64,000 nt of DNA from Octopus bimaculoides (Eukaryota), in the NCBI RefSeq assembly GCF_001194135.2, contig NC_068994.1:31851525-31915524 (forward strand), written 5' to 3'. Positions 43,425 through 54,840 of the stretch are shown piece by piece (position 1 is the first letter of the stretch; each line of letters starts with the position of its first letter). The notes under the pieces are model-generated. The model was not told the origin of the DNA. It worked only from the letters and a program-made list of their open reading frames with translations, and searched no databases. A program made the translations under genes and the position numbers.

Positions 43425-44216
43425 AGAAACAATGCTAACGTATGCCAGTGGTTGAAGCCTGTTGGTGACAGTGTAGAAGCTGCCTATTTGGGTGAAATGT
43501 CTAGTTGCAGACCATTTCAGGTATACCATATTTCTCCCAGCTGAGGATCATAGAAAAGATGAAATGACTGTGGCTGTAATGCCTTTAATTATAGGTCAGC
43601 TAAGTTAAGGCTGACTTAAGTCTGAACAATAACAGAGACAACACTCAAAAATCTTCATACAGGTCATTTTAAAGTCAGAATTATTGCATAACTAAGACTC
43701 CATACTTTTTCTTCAGCAGCCATTGTTATTTTGGACACCAAAACTACATCAATGTCAATTTGAATACGTCAAACTTTAAAAAATGATCCATCATCATTAT
43801 TTCTAAATTTTTTTTTGAAGATTTGTTAAGATTTTTCATTGCTATTCTTTCTTTTTATTTATATATATATACATTTTAAAACTTTTTGTTAGGAAATAAA
43901 AATAAATAAAGAATAAAAAGGGAACATTTGCAGATTACTTTTCAGTCAATAGGAAAACTGCAGCTATGACCATTCTTTTGAAACTGTAACTTGCTAATGT
44001 CTCATATAATAATGACCAAATTTGGTAGTAGTGCAGTGCAGCATTCTGTTTAAAGCACAATAAATTAAAAAGAGAGAGAAAAGCAAAACAGTTCATTGAC
44101 AAACTGTAGACAGAAAACCAATGATGTTTTAATCATTTCTAAGATGCGTCTGTTGCATAATACCACAACACAACTCTATTGTCTTCTTCAAGTAACCACA
44201 ACCAAGATATATTTCA

Positions 44217-44318
44217 TCATGTCATGCCATGCCAACAATCTCTGTCCCCCATTAGTTTTGGTAAGTTCACAGTTTCATATTGTATGCCTCTGTCAAAAAC
44301 ATCAATATAGTCTTTGCC
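44217..44318 (-). mobile_element. Old RTE-type LINE C-terminal relic
   Basis: GKDYIDVFDRGIQYETVNLPKLMGDRDCWHG resembles the RTE end motif TYID...LP..M.DR..W. Confidence 0.45.
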
Positions 44319-45411
44319 CTGTGATAGGATGTGAATATGAGCAACAACCAGTAATAATGAAATGTTTAGCTTACATTATGATTAGAGATTAATAGTATTA
44401 TGTTGTTTATAACATCCTAGTAGTAGCATTGAAGGTGCATGGCTAAGTGGTTGGGGTTATTCAGCTCACAATTATAAGGTTATTAGTTTGATACATGGCA
44501 GTGTGTTGTGTCCTTGAGCAAGATGTTTAATTTCAAATTGCTCCAGTCCACTCAGTTGGCAGAGCTTATTGTTTGGTGCAATAGTAACAGTCAATAAAGC
44601 TAACACATCATGGGTATAATATAAAGATTGAAGAAATGCCCCTATAAATTTGCTCATTCGTCTTGTAATCTCATGCTGTAAGATGTTTTGAACTGTCATC
44701 AGATGGGAAATGGAAATAATAATACAATACAAATAAATAAATAAAATAAAAAATGGAAAATTGCAATGTAAAGATGTCCAAATTATTATTTTTTTTTTCT
44801 AAGTCCAAGTTTGAGACAGTGTCCTGAGGTGGGAGTCCAAGAATGGCATTGGAAAGATCAGTACTGTTGGAAGGTGTTCAATTAAGTGGGACCAAACTAA
44901 GGATATTAGTCAGAGAGTGATTAATGATGGTACGAAAGAAGCAAAAGTTCAATGAACACAGTTAGCAGAGGTATGGAGAATGTACAGAGTCTCTGGCAGG
45001 TTTTTAAATTTAAGTGGTGTAATCATATTGATATGTCATTTTGGCAAATCATAGAGTTTGTATGTAAGGAGGCATTGTCAAGGACAAGTGCAATAGTCAA
45101 AGAAGCTTCAGAAAGAAACAGATATACACTATAAAAATATATGATTGGGAATTATATATGATCCAACTTTAGAAGAGTATGAACCTCATTTCAGATCTTA
45201 GTAGTAGAGAAGAAAAGAAGAAAAAAAGTAGATAGTAGTTTGTTTGAGAGATTGAGGAAAGACATAATAGGAAATGGAAGGGATGATGTCTCTTTATCTA
45301 ATAAAGTAATATTAACTTTCTTTAAAGATAATGTTAATTCTAATTTATACTTGCAATTTATAATTAATTCATTGGATTTGTTTTATAAATTATCATTTTA
45401 GTAAATAAAAT

Positions 45412-45800
45412 GGTGGAGGCACAATGGCCCAGTGGTTAGGGCAGCAAACTCGCGGTCATAGGATCGCGGTTTCGATTCCTAGACCGGGTGTTGTGAGTGT
45501 TTATTGAGCAAAAACACCTAAAGCTCCATGAGGCTCTGGCAGGGGATGGTGGCGAACCCTGCTGTACTCTTTCACCACAACTTTCTCTCACTCTTACTTT
45601 CTGTTTCTGTTGTGCCTGTAATTCAAAGGGTCAGCCTTGTCACACTGTGTTACGCTGAATATCCCTGAGAACTACGTTAAGGGTACACGTGTCTGTGGAG
45701 TGCTCATCCACTTGCATGTTAATTTCACGAGCAGGCTGTTCCGTTGATCGGATCAACTGGAACCCTCGCTGTCGTAAGCGATGGAGTACCAACCACCACC
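45412..45800 (+). mobile_element. Full Ceph-domain-like SINE with near-perfect TSD
   Basis: Complete head to tail; flanks TTAGTAAATAAAAT (45398-45411) and TTAGTAAATAATAAT (45802-45816). Confidence 0.9.
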
Positions 45801-46187
45801 ATTAGTAAATAATAATTTTTTACCTTCAGTTTGTTTTTAATTGCTTACCTCATTTGATAAATACTTATTCAACTATAGTCTCTCTTTTTCCTTTTTTGGA
45901 TCCGTTCTATGGTCTTATGTAATTTATTTTATACTTACTACTAATATAAGAGCAAACTTCATTTTACCAATATACTCCGCTTCTAACTGACTGATGATAG
46001 TAGTACCTACATAAGAAGTTGTTATGTAACTACTTGAAACACTTGTATTAAATGCACTTGAAATATTAGTAATTGGTTTTATGATAATTCTAATAATAAT
46101 AGTAATACTTGAATCATTTCAGAAAGTTTATTGTGATAAAGACTGTTCATTACAGATAGAGACAGTGGTGATTATGAGGGTGATGGC

Positions 46188-46499
46188 GGATGTGACAGCT
46201 TTGGCAGATGTGACAGCATTGGTGGATGTGATGGCGTTGGTGGATGTAACAGCATTGGCCGACGTGACAGCATTGGTGGATGTGACATCATTGATGGGTA
46301 TGATGGCGTTGATAGATGTGATGTCGTTGGTGAATGTGACAGCGATGGTGGATGTGACGGCGTTGGTGGATGTGACGGTGTTGGTGGATGTGATGGTTTT
46401 GAAGGATGCAATAGGGCTGGTGGAATGGATGCAGAAGTGCTGTTGGATGTGATGGTGTTGGTAGATGCAATGAGGTTGATGGATGCAGCAGGTTTGGTG
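46188..46499. repeat. 18-bp minisatellite, consensus GGATGTGACRGCRTTGGT
   Basis: About 13 indel-free units from 46188 to 46421, then a few degenerate units. Confidence 0.92.
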
Positions 46500-46689
46500 A
46501 AGTTTATACTAATGATAATGCACATTGTTGTTTGTTGACGTTGTTTAGTGCACTAATGAATTAAAGTGTAAACAGCAACAACAACAACAACAACAACAGA
46601 ACTTAAATATCTTTCCATATGTTTATTTATTTCAAGATTACCACCGTTGCATTCATCACTATAATTGTCATTATCAACTTCATTATTAT

Positions 46690-46781
46690 CAGGATCATCA
46701 TGATCATCATCAGCATGATCATCATCATCATGATCATGATCATGATCAACATCATCATCATCATCGTCGTCGTCGTCGTCG

Positions 46782-46843
<62 letters not shown>

Positions 46844-46862
46844 GTCATCATCATCATCATCA
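46690..46862. repeat. (CAT)n/(CGT)n microsatellite
   Basis: Direct inspection. Confidence 0.95.
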
Positions 46863-47565
46863 TTGTAGTTGTTGCATTGTGAGGTTTTGTTTTACATCTT
46901 CTTGTTGCTATCTAAATTTCTAATTTTTAATCAAGCCACATCATCATCATCATTATTCCTGTCACTCTCAATCACCACCACCATCACAACCTCTATCCTC
47001 ATACCACTACCACTACCATTATAGTTTTCCCTGCATTTCCTGTCTTTATTCTGTTTAATTGCTTTCCAAATTTTTTACTATTATTTATTAATGTGTTTTA
47101 CAGACATATATATAGACATATGCATACACAGATAGAAAGAAGTGCAGATGCATAAGTGTACACACACAAACACACACATTGTCATATGCATACACACAGA
47201 TAGACATTTATATATATATATATATATATATACGTATAGATACAAGCACTGATACATTTAGACAAATGTATGCACAATGTTTTGCATACACACACATGGA
47301 TGTATGTACACTTATGCAGACAGACATATGCACATACATACAGTCATACATATAAGCACCCATACGACCGTTCACATACAAACACTTCCATCTCCTAGAA
47401 ATATTGTTTTGCTTTAATGAAATTAAGGAAGAGAAATATCGTTAGTTTTAAAGTATGGGTTAATCTTATTTGAGATCAAGCCTAGTCTTAACTAGATGTT
47501 GGTCTTAATCTAGGGTTTAATCTTAACTACACTCGTTAATCACAGCTGATTATGACAGCTGGGTG

Positions 47566-47602
<37 letters not shown>

Positions 47603-47689
47603 TAATAATAATGATAGTATTAATAATAATAACAATGATGATGATGATGATGATGATGAAGATGATGTTGATTGAGAAATTAAAAAGAG

Positions 47690-47766
47690 AATATGCTAAT
47701 TAGGAATAAAATAAATTGAAAAAATGACAACGAACATAATTGGGTGTAAATGAGTAAACTGTAAAT

Positions 47767-47815
<49 letters not shown>

Positions 47816-48540
47816 ATCAAAATGAGAAAAAAGAAAAAGGAAGGGAGAATAAATTGGAGTAAAAAAAGAAAAAAACAAAAGGGAACGAAAATGAAAATAA
47901 AAAATACATAAAACAAAGAGAAAGTTAAATGAAAGAAAAAATGAAACAAAAGAAAATTAGAGAAATAAAGTAAAAATGTCGTGAAAAATGAGAGAAAAGA
48001 AATAGAGAAAATAAGCAGAAGAAGGAAAATATAGAGAAGAAAGAATGAGGCTGAGGAGAATAATAAGAAATGGTGACAGAAATGAAAGAAGATAGAAAAG
48101 ATAATGAATGAAATGAAGCATAAAGAAAGTGAGGATGGAAGGAGTGTGAGAATAATGGGAAGAAGAAAGAGTGGGATTGAAGGAGAGAAGAAGGAAGGAA
48201 GGAAGAGGAAGATAAACAAAGACAAATGAAAAATTGATGACTAGAATGAACTGATAGACAGAAGAAATGAAAGATAAAATGAAGAAATGGGCAAAAAAGA
48301 AAGGAAGAAGAAAAGACAGGCAGAAGGAATGAGGGAGAGAAAAATAAAGAAATTGAGAGAAATATTGAAAGAAGGGAAAAGCATGTGAAAGGGAGGAGAA
48401 AAAGAAAAATGAGTAAGGAATAGAAAGAAAGAAGGAAAAGAAAAGAAATGAGAGGAGAAAAACGAACAAAAGAAAAAGAAAAAAACAACAATCAGAAAAA
48501 AAAGCAAAGCCAAACAGAGGGGGAGGGGGGTAGAAAAGAA
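47690..48540 (+). repeat. Extended purine-rich (A/G) low-complexity tract
   Basis: About 850 bp dominated by A and G on the plus strand. Confidence 0.85.
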
Positions 48541-48919
48541 ATTAAAGAACGAGAACTTAGAAAGGTTTCAAATTTTGACACAAGTCCAGCAATGGAAACT
48601 TTAACAACAAAATCTTATATTGACCCTCCAAGGGTCATATGGACCCCGAGCTGAGAACCACTGGTCTAGTCTACGTTGTGAAATGACCTGACCTGGGTTA
48701 GGATTAGGGAAACTGGTACTTATTTCAATGACCCTGAAAAGATTACTGGTAAAGTTGACCTTGGCTGAATTCAAATTCAGAAGGTAAAATATTGGAAGAA
48801 ATGCTGGAATGGTTTTGTCATTAAACCATGAAGAAGCAACATTATGATGGCCTCAACACAAGTTTAGTTCCTGAATTACGAGAATATGCAAAGTTAACAT
48901 TTGGTATGCTGAGAAGTTT

Positions 48920-49074
48920 TATAGGCGCGCGAGCATTGCTGCATAGTAAAAAAATTTACTGCCCAATCACGAGGTTCTTGGTTCAGTCCCACTGCGTGAT
49001 ACCTTGGGCAAATGTCTTCTCCTATAGCCCCAGGTCTACCAAATCCTTGTTAGAAGGTCCGAAATAAGTATGTC

Positions 49075-49134
<60 letters not shown>

Positions 49135-49330
49135 GTGTGTGTGTGTGTGTGTGTGTGTTTGACATCCAGTGTTTGTTTATGCACTCGGAACTTAGTGGTT
49201 CGGTCAAAGAGACCAACAGAATAAATATTAAGCTTAAAAATATGTACTGGGGTCGATTTGTTCGATTAAATTCTTTAAGGTGGTGCTCCAGCATGGCTGC
49301 AGTTCACTGTAGTAAAACAAGTAAAAGATA
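48920..49330 (+). mobile_element. CORE-like SINE with internal (TCTA)n(TG)n
   Basis: Head with GGTTCAGTCCCACTGCG and CCTTGGGCAAATGTCTT, microsatellite, standard tail. Confidence 0.8.
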
Positions 49331-49380
49331 ATAAAAGATAAGCACTAATCACTATCAACACTTCACAGTTTCTGTTCTTA

Positions 49381-49800
49381 TGTTAAGTCCGAACACTTCC
49401 ACACGTCTCTGCAATCATCAGAGGCGTTTAACAGTCCAGGAGCCATTTTGCTTTATCAAATTTTGCTTACCTCAATACTCCACTTGTTACGCTCATCGCA
49501 AATTTAACTCAAACTTAAAAATCCGTTACCAAACATACTCGAAGGTACTCTGAGATGATTGAAAATTCATAAGACAAGAAATAAATCACGTAATTAACCA
49601 AGACAACATAGAACCAATTAACTCACCGTGAAGAGGTCAGGTCGTTTGAAGAATAACGAAAATCACAAACGACGTATTGGCATTGATTTCTCAGCCACTA
49701 TCGATATTCTTGGTGCTTTACCTGTGTCCACCACTGATGAATTAACACATACTGTATCGTAGCATTTATATTTTAGCAAGATCGATAGGAAACATACTGA
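49381..49800 (-). promoter_or_regulatory. Candidate promoter / non-coding first exon region
   Basis: 16 CpGs in 420 bp of unique AT-rich DNA; minus-strand donors CACG|GTGAGT (49621-49626) and GAG|GTAAGC (49465-49470); YY1-like GCCATTTTG (49442-49450); CCAAT motifs. Confidence 0.4.
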
Positions 49801-50011
49801 TATTCAACTATAGGTGCAAGTATGGCTGTGTGGTTAAGAAACTTGCTTTGCAGCCACGAGGCTTTGGGTTCAGTTCCACTGTGCGGTTCCTTGAGCAAGT
49901 GTCTTCTACTATGGCACCAGGCCGACAAATGCCTTGTGAATGAATTTGGTAGGCGAAAACTCAGTGGAAGCTCATCGCATACATACATACATACATACAT
50001 ACATACATACA

Positions 50012-50040
<29 letters not shown>

Positions 50041-50043
<3 letters not shown>

Positions 50044-50380
50044 GCCACCAAGTTACAACACAACCGACCAGATATTGTTGTGTGAGACGACAAAGAAAAG
50101 ATGTGGAATCAGCTGCCCACTGGACACCAATGTGGTTAGAAAAATACAAGAGAAAGAGGACGTCTGTGACCCATTGATATGGAGTTTGCAAATCCAGTAC
50201 CCAAAGTGCACTCTTAGCTTCATACTGTTATTATAACAACAGGATACATACCAACCCGCCTGGAGCAAAGTATGGCGAATTTGGGGATCTTGGAGAGAGA
50301 ACACATATCCTTAATTCACACACTACAAATGATCACAATGTTTTGAGACTATAAAAATCTGCAAAACCTAATTAAGATCT
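50041..50380 (+). mobile_element. R4/Dong-type non-LTR retrotransposon relic, restriction-like endonuclease C-terminus
   Basis: With frameshifts: KLQHNRPDIVV*DDKEK...E.SCPLDTNVVRKIQEKED...VII.TTGYIPTRL...TIKICKT. This is the HNRPDIVV / PD..E..K pattern of RLE-bearing LINEs. Confidence 0.8.
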
Positions 50381-50849
50381 AAGGTATAAGGTTAAAATAA
50401 GATGTTTTCCTTCACAACCTTGCTACAACGTAGGTGATCAGTCAAAATTAAATTAAACAGAGAAAGAGAGGATACCTGCCTGCCTGCCTGTCGGCCTGCC
50501 TGCCTATCTACATATATACATACATACACGCAACGATGATCCTGTAGATGATTCTGTGATTTTAAAGGTAAGAAGACTGGTTTCCAAATTGTCTGATTTG
50601 TTGTTTTCTGACGTTACTGTTTCCTCTTGAGTTGGAAAGAGTAGTTCGGTTTTGTGTAATTCCTTGTTGATTTAGAAAATTTCGCACTTCTGCGGACACA
50701 AATTGAGTCTCTCTTCCTACCAGGAGTCTCAGCTAAAGAAAATAGCTACACGAGACATCAAGCGATGGTTTTGAGAGGTGCCATCAAAATAACGAAAAAC
50801 ATGAATACTCACCAACCACCTCCAGCTATCACCAGTATCATTAAAAAGG

Positions 50850-51400
50850 TCTCCAACTATCACCACTACCACAAAAAGGGTATCGGTTTCGCGATGCCAA
50901 ATGTTTAGGCTCCACAAAATCCAATAAGATGCCTTCACGAAGTGCTGATCTGCCGTGGGGATGTAAACTTTAAGTTTTAATTCGGAGTCTACTTGGCAGT
51001 TACTGTAGATTTTACGAACATCCATAGTGAAAAACATTAAAAACACTCTTCATATTTTTCACGTAATGCTATAATCTTTTTACACCAGGCTATCACAATT
51101 CATTGTGAGTATAGTAATTAAATCTGCAAGCTGAACGAGTAAGAACAGCATCTTCGAGACCTCAGTGCATCCATTCTCTTTTCTACATCAATGGAAAAGA
51201 TCAAAACTATATGAAGAAATGTCCTATGTCCAGCGTAGAATTTTATCAATCTTTATTTTGTGTCTATAATCTGTGATAAGGGTACAATGTCTTCCTAGGA
51301 GGTAGTCGTGACGTTTAAGTAAGCACTCAACATTAGCAGCAACTTTCTTCTTAATAAGGATACAATTCATTGTGAGAGATAAAAGCAATGAAACGCCTTC
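50850..51400 (-). mobile_element. Decayed Ty3/Gypsy pol: RNase H end, integrase zinc domain, core start
   Basis: KKVAANVECLLKRHDYLLGRHCTLITD, KIDKILRWT*DISSYSFD, HNEL**PGVKRL, DVRKIYSNCQVDSELK and LDFVEP match Gypsy YLLGR.F.L.TD, H...HPG, C..C and DF.GP motifs in the RT-RH-INT order. Confidence 0.82.
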
Positions 51401-51719
51401 CATGAGGTGATGACAAATTAGCTCAACTTTAAAAGTGGACAATGATATCAATGACATAGAGATAAATCATATTTTTGAAAGCAGTAACAACTTCTTGAAG
51501 GTTTAGGAAAAAGACATTTATCATTGAAGGTCTAAACTTTGTGAGAAAAATGATCCACGCATTTGTTCTTATGAACTTGTATAGCTACATAGGTCTGAGA
51601 TCAGGAGGTGCAGAAGTACAAGCACACACTCAAGTTCTTTTGGGTGGCCATGCAAACGCTTTGACCATCTTGAGTTGGACCTGGGTTTGCAAGTCCCAAG
51701 CAAAGTTCGTTCCCGCACT

Positions 51720-51935
51720 TACGAGGTGGTGCTGAAAGGTTCCTGGCTTTGGGTAAAAGAAAATATAGGAGGATCAGTTAATTATGATTTTATTCAACAT
51801 ATTCCTCTCGCAGATTCACACATCTACTGCAGCGGTCCTTCAGTTTTTCAAAGCCCTGTAAAAGAACTCGGAAGGTTTGGGCATCTAACCAGGCCTTTTA
51901 CAATACCCTTAAAGACTGGAAATTTTCAGCAATGA
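51720..51935 (+). mobile_element. Mariner-type MITE, right TIR eroded
   Basis: TACGAGGTGGTGCTGAAAGGTTCCTGGCTTT...GGAAATTTTCAGCA; homologous to 33205-34085. Confidence 0.8.
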
Positions 51936-52189
51936 AATTTTTTTAGTTTCCTTTTTTGAAAATAGTAACTCTAAGACATTTAAAATGAAATCAAAATCAT
52001 AAAGGATAAAGTTGTATAAACATAAAGCCTAATTCCAGGTGTTGCTATTCTAGCAGATCCTGTGACCACATGAGGACCCTTTCACTTGGAATCTAAATAA
52101 GAATCTGCCAGCTAATCAGTCGGTTAATATTTTAGGTGGATGTTGGTAGTGGGAATTGGTAAAAGAGGAAAATGATTTGCTCTCTAATT

Positions 52190-52380
52190 GGTTTCAAATT
52201 TTGTCACAGAGTCAATGACATCAACCCTAGTGCTCACTTGGTACTTATTTCATCGTCCCCGAAAAGATGAACGGCAAAGTCGACCTCACTGGAATTTGAA
52301 CTCAGAACGTAAAGATGGACGAAATACAGCTAAGCATTTCTGCTCGGCTTGCTAACGATTCTGTCAGTTCGCTGCCTTAA
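52190..52380 (-). mobile_element. Meta-like SINE
   Basis: GGCAAAGTCGACCTC...GGAATTTGAACTCAGAACG...GCTGCCTTAA. Confidence 0.85.
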
Positions 52381-52565
52381 TTTGCTCACTAATTAAAAAC
52401 AAATTTAATATTTCCCAGCTTATTATCTAATTTCTCGACTGACACACAATTCAACTCACTTGATGCCCCCCCCCACTCCACGTCCACTTCACATGTTTGT
52501 TGCTCGTTGCTCTCACGATTCTGTCGTTGATTAATATATGAGTATGCCAATGTCATTCTTTTGCA

Positions 52566-52617
<52 letters not shown>

Positions 52618-52844
52618 GCTACTACTACTACTACACACATTTGTTGACGTCATAAGAATTTATAAGCTTTCGAGAGAACGTGAACTCTTTTCTGGAACAG
52701 TGAATTTCGAAGCACATAAGGCAATACATATTATCATGTAAATATTGGGTTGATACTCTCCTCTAGATAGAAAAAATCGAAGATGTGAGTTCGTGTCCTA
52801 CGGGTAGTCTTCGACGTTTTCTATCCCAAAAGGCTTTTCAGCCC

Positions 52845-52880
<36 letters not shown>

Positions 52881-53410
52881 AAGGAATTACAGAACAACAT
52901 AAATAAACTGGAAGGAAAAAGAATTCTAGTTTAATGCGGAATAAAATTTATTTGAATTTTGAATTTTCCAACTTGCGACTTTTCCAACAAAAGCAATGAC
53001 GTTATATTATTGTTGGCAAGGACCCGGAAACAGGGTTGCAGGGGGGGTGTGTGTGTGTGTGTGTGCAAAATTCCCTATTGCACCTCCACTTACCTTTCTC
53101 AGGCTTAGAAAATAGTGTTTAAAAATTGATCTGTAAGAAGTTGCTTGAAGTTAGGTATCTTCACAAAATAAGAACAAAGAACAAAACTAAATAAAAGGAC
53201 CCCTTCCCTAAATTCCTAGAAAGATGTATTACCGNNNNNNNNNNNNNNNNNNNNNNNNNNNNNNNNNNNNNNNNNNNNNNNNNNNNNNNNNNNNNNNNNN
53301 NNNNNNNNNNNNNNNNNNNNNNNNNNNNNNNNNNNNNNNNNNNNNNNNNNNNNNNNNNNNNNNNNNNNNNNNNNNNNNNNNNNNNNNNNNNNNNNNNNNN
53401 NNNNNNNNNN

Positions 53411-53719
53411 AAATTAACATGCAAGTGGCTGAGCACTCCACAGACACGTGTACCTTTAACGTAGTTCTCGGGGATATTCAGCGTGACACAGTGTGACAAG
53501 GCTGATCCTTTGAATTACAGGCACAACAGAAACAGGAAGTAAGAGAAAGTTGTGGTGTAAGAGTACAGCAGGGTTCGCCACCATCCCCTGCCGGAGCCTC
53601 GTGGAGCTTTTTAGGTGTTTTCGCTCAATAAACACTCACAACGCCCGGTCTGGGAATCGAAACCGCGTTCCTATGACTACAAGTCAGCTGCCCTAACCAC
53701 TGGGCCATTGCGCCTCCAC
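53411..53719 (-). mobile_element. Ceph-domain-like SINE, 3' end in gap
   Basis: Reverse complement of the family at 54478-54840. Confidence 0.9.
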
Positions 53720-54477
53720 TACATCAAAATTATGCATATATATATGTGTATGTGTGTGTGTGTGTAAATAAACAGCAACCACGGTCACTCCTCAGTACTA
53801 AGCACAATTAATGAACAATCAAAAGCACTTCACAGTTTGGCTATCCACTTCCTCATTTACTCAGAATACCACAAATGATCCATCATAATCATTGTCATGA
53901 TGTTCAAACGCTACTATCCTTACCGCTACTAAACAATAGCAACAACAACAAGCTCAGCATCGGAAGTCACTCCTCAGTATTAGAACATTTGATGACCTTA
54001 TTACACCCCACAATCAAGAGCGCTTCAGAGTCTAGCTATGTACTTCCTCATTTCCTCTGCATACCATAACTGGTCCCTCAGCATCATTGCCATCATGTTC
54101 TACTGATACTACCTTTACCAGAACTAAACAATAGCAACAAGAAGAAGACCAGCATTGGAAGTCACGCACGATCGCTTTGATATCAGAATCAATGATTGAA
54201 ACATGATTCTTGGTGAAAAGCAAGACGTTTTAAAACAAAAATTTAGTCATCTAAGGATAATATTCGATGGTATCAAACTGGGTAAATTTATAAAAGTTGC
54301 TTATTTCTAATATTATTGAACGAATTAAAACAAGAAATACTATTCCATAATTATAAATTGGCTGTTTGTTTAATTTAAATAATAATAGTATTTAATTTTA
54401 ATAACGACATTAGCTATTTTTACTCATTATGCCCAACTCGCTTTCGGTTGGGTTTATCAATTTGCGTTATGAATTGT

Positions 54478-54840
54478 GTGGAGGTGCAATGGCCCAGTGG
54501 TTAGGGCAGCGGATTCGCGGTTTCGATTCTCAGACCGGGCGTTGTGAGTGTTTATTGAGCAAAAACACCTAAAAGCTCCACGAGGAGGGGATGGTGGCGA
54601 ACCCTGCTGTACTCTTACACCACAACTTTCTCTCACTCTTACTTCCTGTTTCTGCTGTGCCTGTAATTCAAAGGGTCAGCCTTGTCACATTGTGTCACGC
54701 TGAATATCCCCGAGAACTACGTTAAGGGTACGCGTGTCTGTGGTGTGCTCAGCCACTTACACGTTAATTTCACGAGCTGGCTGTTCCGTTGATCGGATCA
54801 ACTGGAACCCTCAGCGTCGTAAGCGACGGAGTGCCAACAC
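54478..54840 (+). mobile_element. Full Ceph-domain-like SINE with 9-bp TSD
   Basis: ATGAATTGT at 54469-54477 and 54841-54849. Confidence 0.93.
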
